Of a stretch of DNA of 64,000 nucleotides, positions 48,320 through 58,253 are shown one piece after another. A program made the position numbers and the translations under genes. Numbering within the stretch: the stretch's first letter is position 1; each line of letters opens with the position of its first letter. The stretch lies in NCBI GenBank assembly GCA_965217185.1, contig OZ244252.1, positions 2,368,001 to 2,432,000 of the forward strand, written 5' to 3'. The stretch is from an uncultured Candidatus Entotheonella sp. (GTDB taxonomy: Bacteria > Tectomicrobia > Entotheonellia > Entotheonellales > Entotheonellaceae). The notes beneath the pieces are model-generated. The model did not search any database and was not told the origin of the DNA. It worked only from the letters and a program-made list of their open reading frames with translations.

Positions 48320-49504
48320 TCAGCCCCGGCAGGCTTCGATCGTTTCTTTGAAACCCGGCAGGCCATTCTCGATGGTGCGGTCTTCCACGCAGTAGGCCAG
48401 GCGGAAATAGCCCGGCGTGCCGAAGCCGCGTCCGGGCACGGCGAGAATGCGCCGCTGCAGCAGCATGTTCACAAACGCCGTGTCGTCCTCGATGGGCGAG
48501 CGCGGGAACAGGTAGAACGCCCCCTGCGGCCTGATGAATTCGTATCCCATGGCCGCCAGTTCGTCGCACATCAGGGCGCGCTTGCGCTCGTATTGCCGCA
48601 TGTCGATGGTGACGCCCTGCAGCTCCCGCACCACGTGCTGCATCAGCGCCGGGGCATTGACGAACCCCAGGGTGCGGTTGGCGAAGCTCAGGCCTTCCAG
48701 AAGCTCCTCCAGGCCGGCGCAAGCGGGGTTGACGGCGACGTGGCCGAGCCGCTCGCCGGGCAGCGCCAAGTCCTTGGCGTGCGACGTCACTGCAATGCTG
48801 TTGTCGAAGTAGCCGTGTACCTCGGGGTAGATCAAGCCGTCGTAGAGCAGCTTCTTGTAGGGCTCGTCGCTGACCAGGTAAATCTGCGTGCCGAACTCGG
48901 CCTGCTTGCGGCGCAGTAATTGGCCGAGGGCCGCGATGGTGTCGGCGTCGTACATGACGCCGGAGGGGTTGTTGGGCGAATTGATGAGGACGATCTTGGT
49001 GCGGGCCGACAGCGCCGCCTCGATGGCCGGCAGGTCGAGATTGAAGCGCGCGTCGGTCGGCACCACTTTGCTGACGCCCTGGTGGTTGTCGGCGTAGAAG
49101 TTGTATTCGACGAAGTAGGGCGAGAAGATCATCACCTCGTCGCCGGGATCAAGGAGGGTTTTGAACACCACGTTGAGGCCCCCGGCGGCGCCGACGACCA
49201 TGGTGATGTGCTCGGCCGTGAAGGCGATGCCGGTTTCGCGCCCGAGTTGTTCCGCCACCGCGGCGCGCGTCTCGGCGTAGCCGGTGTTCGGCATGTAGCG
49301 GTGCATGCCCGGTTTGGGTTGGCTGACCAGCCGGTGCAGCGCCTCGTGGAACTCGGGGGGCGGCTCGACTACCGGGTTGCCGAGCGAGAAATCGTAGACA
49401 TTGTCGGCGCCGTGCTCCTGCATGAGCCGGATGCCTTCCTCGAACATGCCGCGGATCCAGGACGCCGCCTGCATGTATTGCCGAACCTTTTGCGCGATGG
49501 CCAT
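48320..49504 (-). CDS. Class I/II PLP-dependent aminotransferase (AspAT-like)
   Basis: SWIRGMFEEG, FSLGNP, INSPNNPSG, SDEPY, SHAKDLALPGERLG; ATG 49504 with AAGGGAG RBS. Confidence 0.92.
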   Translation of the reverse strand: MAIAQKVRQYMQAASWIRGMFEEGIRLMQEHGADNVYDFSLGNPVVEPPPEFHEALHRLVSQPKPGMHRYMPNTGYAETRAAVAEQLGRETGIAFTAEHITMVVGAAGGLNVVFKTLLDPGDEVMIFSPYFVEYNFYADNHQGVSKVVPTDARFNLDLPAIEAALSARTKIVLINSPNNPSGVMYDADTIAALGQLLRRKQAEFGTQIYLVSDEPYKKLLYDGLIYPEVHGYFDNSIAVTSHAKDLALPGERLGHVAVNPACAGLEELLEGLSFANRTLGFVNAPALMQHVVRELQGVTIDMRQYERKRALMCDELAAMGYEFIRPQGAFYLFPRSPIEDDTAFVNMLLQRRILAVPGRGFGTPGYFRLAYCVEDRTIENGLPGFKETIEACRG

Positions 49505-49698
49505 GCGGACTCCCTTGTTGGCTTGGCGAGCGGCGCGGCGCCGGGGCACTGCAGCCACTGTCAGGAGCGCGTTAGCATGCGTGAAAACGCCCGTTGGTGC
49601 AAGCGCGATGTCGAGCTGTCCGGCGAAATGCCGCTTGACATGGCAACGCGCCAAATTTAGTTTCTGAATGTGATCATGTCGTGAGAAGGAGACCGGCG

Positions 49699-50160
49699 AT
49701 GCCAATCGTTGATACGCTCAGACTGAAGACCAGATTGTCGGATAGCGGCATGCCTGAGAATCAGGCCCAGGCCCTCGTCGAGGAACTCGATGAGGCCCTA
49801 ACCACGGCGGTTACCGCTCAGGTGGCGACTAAAGTAGAGGTCGTTGAACTACGGGCCGCCATCAACGCCATAGAGGAACGTGTAGAGGAGCGTTTCGAGC
49901 AGGTTGACAGGCGTTTTGAGCAAGTCGATAAGCGTTTTGAGCAAGTCGATAAGCGCTTCGAGCAAGTCGATAAGCGCTTCGAGCAAGTCGATAAGCGCTT
50001 CGAGCAAGTCGATAAGCGTCTGGATGACCTGAAGACGGACACGCACCAAACGAGAGCTGACGTTGCAGCCGTGAAGGGCGACGTCAAATTGTTGCGCTGG
50101 ATGGTCGGGACTCTTGTCGTTCTGCAAGTCGGCATTTTGGTCAAGTTGCTTATGAGTTGA
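49699..50160 (+). CDS. DUF1640/CCDC90-like coiled-coil membrane-anchored protein
   Basis: DTLRLKTRLSDSGMPENQAQA, VATK, heptad repeats, C-terminal LLRWM plus TM helix. Confidence 0.75.
   Translation: MPIVDTLRLKTRLSDSGMPENQAQALVEELDEALTTAVTAQVATKVEVVELRAAINAIEERVEERFEQVDRRFEQVDKRFEQVDKRFEQVDKRFEQVDKRFEQVDKRLDDLKTDTHQTRADVAAVKGDVKLLRWMVGTLVVLQVGILVKLLMS
49891..50016 (+). repeat. Six tandem 21-bp coding repeats (RFEQVDK)
   Basis: CGYTTYGAGCARGTYGAYARG x6. Confidence 0.95.
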
Positions 50161-50169
50161 GGAAACACC

Positions 50170-50451
50170 ATGCTGACCCTTACTGCCATCCTGACGGTGA
50201 AAGCCGGACACGAAGCCGAATTCGAGCGCGTCATGCACGTCACGGTACCGAAGGTGCGCGAGGAGCCCGGCAATCGCGCCTACGTGCTGAACCGTTCCAC
50301 CGAAAACCCGCGCGTTTTCATGGTCTATGAAGAATACGAGGACGCCGAGGCGCTGGAATCGCACCGTGCCCACCTGAAAGAAATGGGCATCGACCTGCGC
50401 GACCTGCTGGATGGGCCGCCGGTGCTGACTTTTTACGACAAGCTGCTGTAG
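50170..50451 (+). CDS. ABM-family (putative quinol) monooxygenase
   Basis: REEPGNRAY, FMVYEEYED, ALESH. Confidence 0.85.
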   Translation: MLTLTAILTVKAGHEAEFERVMHVTVPKVREEPGNRAYVLNRSTENPRVFMVYEEYEDAEALESHRAHLKEMGIDLRDLLDGPPVLTFYDKLL

Positions 50452-50469
50452 CGGCGCGGAGAACACATC

Positions 50470-51684
50470 ATGGGTCGCCTGACAGACAAGTATTGCATCG
50501 TCGGCGTTGGCGAAACGTCCTACTCCAAGAATTCCGGCAAGACGACGCGCGCCATGGGCGCCGAAGCGATTCGCAACGCCATGCGGGACGCCGGCCTGGG
50601 CGCCGACCAGGTGAACGGCGTGCTGAGCTACCACGGCGGCGATTCGACCGCGGGGCCGGAGATTGCCGCGGACTTGGGCATCCGCCCGGACTTTTACATG
50701 GATTGCTCCGGCGGCGGCTCCAGCACCGAGGCGCTGGTCGGCTTGGCTATCGGCGCTATCGAAGTGGGGATGTGCGAAACGGCGGCGATTTTCAGGTCGA
50801 TGAACGGCTACAGCGAGGTGCGTATCGGCGGCACCGGCCGCCGCGCCGCGGCGCCGGTGGCGGGCAGCCAATTGTTGAGCCGTCCGTACGGCATGGTGAG
50901 CGCCGGGCAGAATTTCGCCCCGGTGTTCATGCGCCACATGATGGAGTACGGCACCACCAGCGCCCAAGTGGCGGCGGTGAAGGTGGCGCACAGCAAGCAC
51001 GCCAGTAACAACCCGAAGGCGTTTTACCGCAAGCGCTACACAGTCGAGGACGTGCTGAATTCGCGCTGGATCTGCAAGCCGCTGCACCTGCTCGACTGCT
51101 GCGTGGAGACCGACAACGCCACGGCGCTGATCGTCACCTCGGCCGAGCGCGCGGCGGATTTGCGGCGGCGGCCGGTCTATGTCATGGGGGTGGTCGGGCG
51201 CGTCACAAAGAAGCGCGGCGACACCTTCTACAACGACGCGCCGATTACCGACGTGGCCGGCAAGTACGCCGCCGAGCGGGTCTTCGGCATGGCCGGCGTT
51301 GGCCCCGAGGACGTGCACGTGACCGGCTCGTACGACGCCTTCACCTTCACCACCATGCTGCAGTTGGAGGACTACGGCTTTTGCCGCAAGGGTGAAGGCG
51401 GCGATTACGTGTCGAGCGGCATCATCGAGTTGGGCGGCAAACGCCCGAACAACACCAGCGGCGGGCACCTGTGCGAGGGCTACACGCACGGCATGAGCAT
51501 GGTCATCGAGAACGTGCGGCAGTTGCGCGGCCAGGTGGACGACTCGTGCCCAGGCTGGCAGGACGGCATCCACACGCATGATTACGCCGCAGGCGGCTGC
51601 CGCCAGGTGCGCGAGGCTGAAATTTCCATGAACCTGGGATGGGCCAACCCGGTAACGGGAAGCGCCCTCATCCTGCGGAGGTAG
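50470..51684 (+). CDS. Thiolase-superfamily (SCP-x/lipid-transfer-like) protein
   Basis: IVGVGET, PLHLLDCC, YDAFT, LEDYGFC, NTSGGHL; paired with a DUF35 gene. Confidence 0.88.
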   Translation: MGRLTDKYCIVGVGETSYSKNSGKTTRAMGAEAIRNAMRDAGLGADQVNGVLSYHGGDSTAGPEIAADLGIRPDFYMDCSGGGSSTEALVGLAIGAIEVGMCETAAIFRSMNGYSEVRIGGTGRRAAAPVAGSQLLSRPYGMVSAGQNFAPVFMRHMMEYGTTSAQVAAVKVAHSKHASNNPKAFYRKRYTVEDVLNSRWICKPLHLLDCCVETDNATALIVTSAERAADLRRRPVYVMGVVGRVTKKRGDTFYNDAPITDVAGKYAAERVFGMAGVGPEDVHVTGSYDAFTFTTMLQLEDYGFCRKGEGGDYVSSGIIELGGKRPNNTSGGHLCEGYTHGMSMVIENVRQLRGQVDDSCPGWQDGIHTHDYAAGGCRQVREAEISMNLGWANPVTGSALILRR

Positions 51685-51689
51685 GCGCC

Positions 51690-52193
51690 ATGCCACAAGT
51701 CGAATACCGTGGAATGCTCCTGATGGTCCCCGACAACGACAGCGAATTTGGCGGCTATTTCGAGGCCGCCCGAGAGCACCGGCTAGTGGTGAAGAAATGC
51801 AACGCCTGCGGCCTGCTGCGTTTTCCGCCCGGCTCCGGTTGCCCCTGGTGTACGTCTCTGGACTGGACGTGGCAGCAAGTCAGTGGCAAGGGCATCATCT
51901 ATTCCTATGAAATCATCGCCCACGCCATTCAGCCCGGCTTCCGCGATTTCACCCCCTACCCCGTCATCATCGTCGAGCTCGACGAACAACGCGGTGTTCC
52001 CACCCCTCAGGACGGCCTGCGCCTCATTGCCAATCTCGTGGATGCCGAATTCCAACCGGAAGCCGAGACTAACGTTGCCATCGGCAAGCGCGTGGACGTC
52101 GTCTTCCAAGACCTGTCGTCCGAATTGTCCTTGCCGCAATTCCGCCTCACCGACGAGCCGCCCGCTGGGCCGGTGTGGCAGTTTCCGGGTTGA
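51690..52193 (+). CDS. DUF35 Zn-ribbon/OB-fold protein
   Basis: CNAC...CPWC, SGKGIIYSY, IVELDE. Confidence 0.9.
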   Translation: MPQVEYRGMLLMVPDNDSEFGGYFEAAREHRLVVKKCNACGLLRFPPGSGCPWCTSLDWTWQQVSGKGIIYSYEIIAHAIQPGFRDFTPYPVIIVELDEQRGVPTPQDGLRLIANLVDAEFQPEAETNVAIGKRVDVVFQDLSSELSLPQFRLTDEPPAGPVWQFPG

Positions 52194-52222
52194 TGGGCCG
52201 ATTCAGTAGGCATGGGATAAGG

Positions 52223-52852
52223 CTATGTGAAGACAGCTTGTAGCCATGCGAGGAATGCGCGACAAAGGACGCCGTCAACCTCCAAGTCGTGGGCACGAAT
52301 GGCAGAGCCCATGCGCCTGGGGTCTTCTCTGGCTGCCAGCCAGGCATGGAGCTTGGCCCGTTGGGTTTTTTGCTTGGAAAACTTTCTGTCCTGCTCGGGG
52401 ATGGCGTCGATGTAGCGCTGAGACATGGGCCATACCGGATCCCCGGCGGGCACCATTTGAACAACAAAATCTTCGAGTTCGCCGCCGGACGTGTTGTCTG
52501 GCATTAACCACACGCCAACGTGGGGCTTACTCGCGGTGGTGATGATCGTCCCTCCGGCAGCAGGGCGTCTGGGCAACCCGATGCCTTCGGTCGACAATCG
52601 AGTCTTTACGGCGTCCCAACGTGACGACAGGTCCGTATTGGCGTCCACAAGAATGCCGAGAGCTTGTCGTCCCGGTGTTCTCAATTCGGCACCAATGGAG
52701 TCGAGCAGGGGTTCGATGCCCTCACGGTTTTCAATAACAAAATCAAGGGTGAGTTCGCGCCGCATCAAGATGTGCCGTACAACGTGCTCATCGTCCTGAC
52801 CTTCAACCAGGAGAACACAGGGCTTTGGCAGAGAGGAATTGGGGCGGGCCAT
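52223..52852 (-). CDS. DUF3226-like (TOPRIM-type) protein
   Basis: LLVEGQDD, GILVDAN, GVWLMPDN, GELEDF, RAKLHAWLA. Confidence 0.8.
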   Translation of the reverse strand: MARPNSSLPKPCVLLVEGQDDEHVVRHILMRRELTLDFVIENREGIEPLLDSIGAELRTPGRQALGILVDANTDLSSRWDAVKTRLSTEGIGLPRRPAAGGTIITTASKPHVGVWLMPDNTSGGELEDFVVQMVPAGDPVWPMSQRYIDAIPEQDRKFSKQKTQRAKLHAWLAAREDPRRMGSAIRAHDLEVDGVLCRAFLAWLQAVFT

Positions 52853-52855
52853 CGG

Positions 52856-53959
52856 TTACCTAACTTCAATTCCGTATTTGGCCGCGGCGTTGAGGTTATC
52901 CTCCGAGTACTCTACAGCGCGAATCTCGTCCCCATGTCTCTCGAGACGTACCAAGACCCCGTGTACATCTTCCAACTCCGCTGCGGCTTGCGCGAAGCCG
53001 ACCACACAGTCCCAGCCGTGGGTTGTGGCCAGAACCTGCACGTCGTTTTCGCGAGCGGTTTTCATGACCATCTTCCAGAAGTCACGCTGTATGGAATGGT
53101 GGACACCGTTCTCTGCTTCGTCGATCAACAGAAAACCACCCTGACCGTTGGCGAGCGCCAAGGCGACGCCAAGCAGTCGAACCGCCCCGTCGCCGAGACT
53201 CCTCAAGGGAACTGGATTATCCTGACCTTTGAGCTTCACAATCGCACGACGAAACGGCCCTCTTCTGTCATCCCCCACAAAAGCGATGCGCTCTACGGGT
53301 TCCCCGCCAATAATTTGTAAAGACTGTACAGCCCGCCCGTCATCATCGGTCAGGGCTACGCTGTCCCAAAATCCTGCCAACTGATAGTTGTTAGGTAAAC
53401 CCGGACCCAGAGACGCACACCGAATTTCAGAGGTGGGTTCAGAACTGTCCTGACGCAATCCACTCCGTAACGAACGGGGTAAACGATAGGAATCCCAAAA
53501 GGCACGCAAGGGAATTGCATGGTTTACGTTTTTGAACTTGATGCGCAGTGATTCGTTGGCCTCTGCCTCTGAAAAAAGTTGGCCTTGTTGCACCGCAGGG
53601 CCGATATTGATGCTTAGTCGAGACTTTTCAACAGGTCCGATTGATATGCCACAGTCTGAGGAGTGACTCCGGCCGAAGAAAAGGGCTTCTGGATCCGGTC
53701 TGTATGTTTTGTCGCCGTCCTCGTCGACACCTACGACCAACTCTTCTCTTCTTTCCAGTACTTCCAATAGCACAGGGTAACTGCCACGCGCTGCATATAC
53801 GCGTACGGCGTCTAACAGTGTCGTCTTGCCGACGCCGTTCTGCCCTGCAATCAACGTAATGCGGCCTAGGCGAGGGATCGAGAGTTCGTCTATGCCACGA
53901 AAACCCTTGATCGAAAGACTGGGCAGATGGAGGCTTTCGTCGAGTGGCGGGGTTTCCAT
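52856..53959 (-). CDS. AAA_15/AAA_21-type ABC-fold ATPase
   Basis: IKGFRG, GQNGVGKT, SLGDG, LLIDEAENGVH, ATTH. Confidence 0.9.
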   Translation of the reverse strand: METPPLDESLHLPSLSIKGFRGIDELSIPRLGRITLIAGQNGVGKTTLLDAVRVYAARGSYPVLLEVLERREELVVGVDEDGDKTYRPDPEALFFGRSHSSDCGISIGPVEKSRLSINIGPAVQQGQLFSEAEANESLRIKFKNVNHAIPLRAFWDSYRLPRSLRSGLRQDSSEPTSEIRCASLGPGLPNNYQLAGFWDSVALTDDDGRAVQSLQIIGGEPVERIAFVGDDRRGPFRRAIVKLKGQDNPVPLRSLGDGAVRLLGVALALANGQGGFLLIDEAENGVHHSIQRDFWKMVMKTARENDVQVLATTHGWDCVVGFAQAAAELEDVHGVLVRLERHGDEIRAVEYSEDNLNAAAKYGIEVR

Positions 53960-54074
53960 TTCGCACTCCCTTGCTTCCGTACGTGGGCCATACCGCTCTG
54001 CAACGAACGGCATGTGTCAATAAGGCACAATGTAGCAGAGGCCCCATTTGCGGGCAATGAAAGGCGGTGCATGG

Positions 54075-54602
54075 TCAACGGTAAAGCCCTTCCGCTGCGA
54101 TGTAGGTAGTCACCGTCTCGGGAATCATCCCGCTGAGTGAAACGGGCAGGGCTCCCTGTTTGAGCCGTTGACGGATGTCGCTGCTGCGGATCGCGTGGGT
54201 GGCGGGTAGGCTGAGGCGGCCGAACTCCCGGTCGATGTCGGCATGGCGGTGCCAGCGCTGCCATTCGGCGGCGATGTCGGGGCCGACGAGAAGAGAGAGT
54301 GGCTGTTTTAGGTGGCCCCGGAGTCGGCAGAGGACGTCGTAGGTGTAGACGGGTTGGGCATCGCCGGTGGCCAGACGGCGTTCAACGTCGCACACGCGGA
54401 CGTGGGCTTGTAGCGGGGCATCGAGGGCCAGTCGGCACATGCTGACCCGGTGCTCGAAGGGCGCGGATTGCTTGCCGAAGGCGTGGCGAAACGCCGGCAC
54501 GATGATGACGTAATAGCCGAGCTCGACGGCGCGCCGGATCATGGAGACGTGCCCGGCGTGGATCGGATCGAAGCTGCCGCCATAAACGGTGTAACGGCGC
54601 AT
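54075..54602 (-). CDS. nadD: Nicotinate-nucleotide adenylyltransferase-like protein
   Basis: GGSFDPIHAGH, VGPD, RSSDIR, YIAAEGLY. Confidence 0.8.
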   Translation of the reverse strand: MRRYTVYGGSFDPIHAGHVSMIRRAVELGYYVIIVPAFRHAFGKQSAPFEHRVSMCRLALDAPLQAHVRVCDVERRLATGDAQPVYTYDVLCRLRGHLKQPLSLLVGPDIAAEWQRWHRHADIDREFGRLSLPATHAIRSSDIRQRLKQGALPVSLSGMIPETVTTYIAAEGLYR

Positions 54603-54743
54603 GCAACTGCCCTTCCTGCAACGTTTGTCCGCCCCCTTATGGCGTGCTATAACGGGCGCCTCCAGTATTCCTCAGACACTGTAAGGGCATTCTGACCTCG
54701 GCTCTGGCCGGGGGGATGACATTATCACGGCGAGGGGCAACTT

Positions 54744-56426
54744 GTGAAAATTGGTTTTTTGGGACCGCAGGGAACGTACACGGAGGAGGCAGCGAAGGCG
54801 GCCATGGCGGACGCCGTTTACGTGCCCTACGCCTCCATCGAATCGGTGTTCGACGCCGTGGCTCGGCAGGAAGTGGACCGCGGGCTGGTGCCCATCGAAA
54901 ACGTCATCCAGGGGCCGGTGACCGAGACCCTGGACAATCTGTTCCAACGGGCGGTCGACGTCAAGATCGTCGACATGCTCGTGCTGCCCATCCAGCACGC
55001 CATCGGGGTTCTCAGCCCGCAGTCCCAGGTCAGCCGCGTCCTTTCCAAGGACCAGGCGCTGAAGCAGTGCTCGGCCTACCTGCAGGCCAACTTCCCACAG
55101 GCGCAATGCCTCGACGTGGACAGCACCAGCGCGGCTATGGAGACCATCGCCACAGAGCGCCTGACGGACGCGGCGGCCATCGGCAGCGAGACGGCTCTGA
55201 AACAGTATGGCCTGCACGTCCTCGACCGCGACATCGGCAACGTCAAGCAGAACAAGACCCGCTTCGCCGTCCTCGGCCCCGCCTCGGGGCCCCATCACCG
55301 CCGCACCGGGCGCGATGCCACCGCCTTCGCCCTGTATCCGCACCGCGACCGCCTCGGATTGCTCAACGACATCCTTTCCGCCATCAGCCAAGATCACGAG
55401 CTCAACCTGTCCTTCATCCACTCGCGCCCGGATACCCGCGGCGCCTTTTTGTTCCACATGGAGGTCGAGGGACACCTGGAAGACGAACCCGTGGCGGCGT
55501 GCATGGCTGACTTGGCACGTCAATTTGGCGATCAAGAAGTTGAGGTCAAGGTGTTCGGCACCTATCCACGCTGCGCCTTCAATGAGCCGGGAATCAAGAC
55601 CATCGGCATTCTCGGCGGCACGGGCCAGATGGGGAAGTGGTTTCGCAAATTCCTCGGCGAGGCGCGTTACAACGTGCTCATCAGCGGGCGCCGCACGCCG
55701 TTGACCTACCAGCAGTGCATCGAGCAATCCGACGTGGTCATCGTCAACGTGCCCATCCGCAACACGGTGGACGTGATCCGTGACGTGGGCCGCCATTTCC
55801 GCCCCGGCCAGCTCATCGCCGACAATACCTCGATCAAGACGCAGCCCGTCGAAGCGATGCTGGCGGCGGTGCCGGAAGGGGTCGAGGTGCTCGGTATGCA
55901 CACCATTTTCGGCCCGCGCGTGGAGAGCCTGCGCCACCAGAACATCGTCTTCATCCGCACCCCCGCGTCGGGTCCCCGTGCCAAGGAGTTCGAGGACATT
56001 TTCTACAAGCACGGCGCCACCATCACCTATACGACGCCGCAGTACCATGACAAGCAGATGGCTTTCCACCAGAACCTGGAACACTTCACCAAGGTCGCGC
56101 TGGCGCAGGTGCTGCATACACACTTCAGCGACCCAACCGAGATGGACCGCTACAGTTCGCCCAACTCCCGCACGTCGCTGGCCATCATGGGCCGCATCCT
56201 GCGAGCTGACCCGGACCTCTATAGCGAAATTCAATCCTACAACCTGCAGGGCCCGACGATGCTGAAAGCCTACCTCGAGGTGGTGCAAACCCTGGCGCAG
56301 GCGCTGGTCGACGGCAACGTCGGCGCCTTCACCCGCAGCATGACGGCGAGCGCCGACGCCCTGGGCGATGACTATCTCGCGGAGATGCTGCAGAGGTCGC
56401 AGATCATTCAGCGTAGCCTGGTGTGA
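54744..56426 (+). CDS. Prephenate dehydratase-ACT-prephenate dehydrogenase fusion
   Basis: FLGPQGTYT, VPIEN, QC, NKTRF, ACT (NLSFIHSRP), then ILGGTGQMG, DNTSIK, GMHTIFGP, HDKQMA. Confidence 0.88.
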   Translation: MKIGFLGPQGTYTEEAAKAAMADAVYVPYASIESVFDAVARQEVDRGLVPIENVIQGPVTETLDNLFQRAVDVKIVDMLVLPIQHAIGVLSPQSQVSRVLSKDQALKQCSAYLQANFPQAQCLDVDSTSAAMETIATERLTDAAAIGSETALKQYGLHVLDRDIGNVKQNKTRFAVLGPASGPHHRRTGRDATAFALYPHRDRLGLLNDILSAISQDHELNLSFIHSRPDTRGAFLFHMEVEGHLEDEPVAACMADLARQFGDQEVEVKVFGTYPRCAFNEPGIKTIGILGGTGQMGKWFRKFLGEARYNVLISGRRTPLTYQQCIEQSDVVIVNVPIRNTVDVIRDVGRHFRPGQLIADNTSIKTQPVEAMLAAVPEGVEVLGMHTIFGPRVESLRHQNIVFIRTPASGPRAKEFEDIFYKHGATITYTTPQYHDKQMAFHQNLEHFTKVALAQVLHTHFSDPTEMDRYSSPNSRTSLAIMGRILRADPDLYSEIQSYNLQGPTMLKAYLEVVQTLAQALVDGNVGAFTRSMTASADALGDDYLAEMLQRSQIIQRSLV

Positions 56427-56442
56427 GCCAGCGCAGCGGAAC

Positions 56443-56472
56443 GTCGGATTACGCTTCGCTAATCCGACCTAC
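56443..56472. repeat. REP-like family A copy overlapping the tenA stop
   Basis: GTCGGATTACGCTTCGCTAATCCGACCTAC. Confidence 0.85.
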
Positions 56473-57137
56473 AACGGCCAGGTTTCCTGCCGATACGCCA
56501 TGTCCCAGAAGAGATATTCATAGCGGCAGCTATCCGCGAACAACCGGCTGAGACGGGATTGCCGGTCCGCCGCTACGTCGCTTCCCAAGCGGTCGAGCAG
56601 GTCACGCAGCCAAGTGGCGAGGGCGCCGAACTCGGGGGCCGCGTACATCTGAATCCACTCGTTATACAGCGGTTGCGGCGACGGGGCGCCTTGCGCCATC
56701 AGGGTCTGACCGATGTCGCTGTAGTCCCACATACAGGGTAGGACGGCCGCGGTGATGTCTGCCAAGTCGCCACTGTAGGCAGCGGTCAGTAGGTGTTGGG
56801 TGTAGGCCCGGGTGCCGGGCGCCGCCTGCGTATCCTCCAGTTCGTCGGCGCTGATGCCGAATTTCGCCGCGAAGCCGCGGTGCAAATCCATCTCGGTGTT
56901 CAGCGTTTCGTGCAGCAGTTCCGCAAACCGCCCCATCGTCTCAAGGTCGCCCGCCTTGGCCGCCGCCAGTGCCAACACACGGCTGTAGTCGACCAGAAAT
57001 ACGTAGTCCTGGCACATGTAGAACCGAAACGCCTCCAACGGTAACCCGCCGTCGCCGATTCCTGTCACAAAGGGGTGCTGTAGGACCTGCCGGCGAAGGT
57101 CGGCGGTTTGCTGGCGCAGGTGCTCGGTAAAACGCAT
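56469..57137 (-). CDS. tenA: Thiaminase II
   Basis: HPFV, FYMCQDYVFL, LPCMWDY (catalytic Cys), YNEWIQMY, EYLFWDMAY. Confidence 0.92.
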   Translation of the reverse strand: MRFTEHLRQQTADLRRQVLQHPFVTGIGDGGLPLEAFRFYMCQDYVFLVDYSRVLALAAAKAGDLETMGRFAELLHETLNTEMDLHRGFAAKFGISADELEDTQAAPGTRAYTQHLLTAAYSGDLADITAAVLPCMWDYSDIGQTLMAQGAPSPQPLYNEWIQMYAAPEFGALATWLRDLLDRLGSDVAADRQSRLSRLFADSCRYEYLFWDMAYRQETWPL

Positions 57138-57167
57138 GGTTCCTCCTCTTGGTTGTCGATCATCGTT

Positions 57168-57199
57168 GTAGGTCGGATCAGCCGTAGGCATAATTCGAC
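57168..57199. repeat. Degenerate REP-like family A copy
   Basis: GTAGGTCGGATCAGCCGTAGGCATAATTCGAC. Confidence 0.65.
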
Positions 57200-57321
57200 G
57201 ATAGGTACTCGCCAGCGAAATGTACTGCGTGGGCTGCCATCATTGACACCCCCCGCGCGCTGCCCGTATGCTTCCCGCCGCCAAATTATGACCCAGAACA
57301 CCAGCAAGAGAGGGTTGCACC

Positions 57322-57717
57322 GTGGATGATGCCGAACTGAGGCGCGTGACGCGAGAAACCGCCGAGATGCTTTTTGGCCCCCCGAAGCCGGGCGAGGGTG
57401 TGTTCCAGTTGTGGAAGAAATTCGACCCGGACCTGGCCCGCCACATTTCCACCTTCTTCACTGGCCGGCTCTACGCCCGCAACGTCATTTCCCAGAAGGA
57501 GCGGGAATTGTGCGCCGTTGCTGCGCTAACGGTGCTACAGCGGCTCGACGAGCTTCGCATCCACATCGGCGCTGCCCTGAACGTGGGCGCCACCCGGGAG
57601 GAGGTCGCCGAGGTTATTTTCCAGATGATGACGTACGGCGGCGTACCCACCATGGTGGAGGGGCTGAAGGTTTGCAAGGCGGTTCTGCAGGAGAGGGGCA
57701 TGTGGGACGACGATTGA
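57322..57717 (+). CDS. Carboxymuconolactone decarboxylase family protein
   Basis: KERELCAVAAL, LRIHIGAALNVGATREEV, YGGVP. Confidence 0.88.
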   Translation: MDDAELRRVTRETAEMLFGPPKPGEGVFQLWKKFDPDLARHISTFFTGRLYARNVISQKERELCAVAALTVLQRLDELRIHIGAALNVGATREEVAEVIFQMMTYGGVPTMVEGLKVCKAVLQERGMWDDD

Positions 57718-58223
57718 TGGGTGGTGGCAGGTCGTGCCGTCTGGGTGAGACGGGTTTCAGCCTGCTGGAGTTGATCGTCGTGCTCGCCATCTTGGGGCTC
57801 GTTGCCGCGATTGGCACGCCCAACGTGGTGTCGTGGCTGGCCCGCCTGCGCTCGCGTGCCACCGCCGATGAGGTGGTGTCTACCCTGCAGTCGGCGCGCC
57901 TGCAAGCCATCGCCCGCAACACCCGTCTGCAGGTGTGCCTGTACAGAAATGCAACCCCGCATGACTTTTTGACCCTCCGAAACACTGATCCCTTGCAGCC
58001 CGATTGCCCGGCGCCGCCCGCCACGTCAAGCCCAGCCTACGCGACGTTCCGCCGTATGATGACCGAACTGCCGGGTATTCGCATCACGATGACGACCCGG
58101 CGGTCGTTCGTCTTCGGCCCGCGCGGAACAGCGACCGCCGGCAGCTTTACGCTCGAAACCATTGCCGACGGCCATCAGCGGAAAATCATCGTGGCTCCCA
58201 ACGGCCGCGTGCGGTCCGAGTAG
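57717..58223 (+). CDS. FimT/GspH-like minor pilin
   Basis: GFSLLELIVVLAI prepilin motif; ARLQAI; FGPRG. Confidence 0.85.
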   Translation: MGGGRSCRLGETGFSLLELIVVLAILGLVAAIGTPNVVSWLARLRSRATADEVVSTLQSARLQAIARNTRLQVCLYRNATPHDFLTLRNTDPLQPDCPAPPATSSPAYATFRRMMTELPGIRITMTTRRSFVFGPRGTATAGSFTLETIADGHQRKIIVAPNGRVRSE

Positions 58224-58253
58224 GCGAGGGCGGGATAAGCGGTGCAAACCACT

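Noticed and set aside
49891..50016. Possible CRISPR array
   Set aside because: Head-to-tail repeats with no spacers, in frame within a protein; no cas genes.
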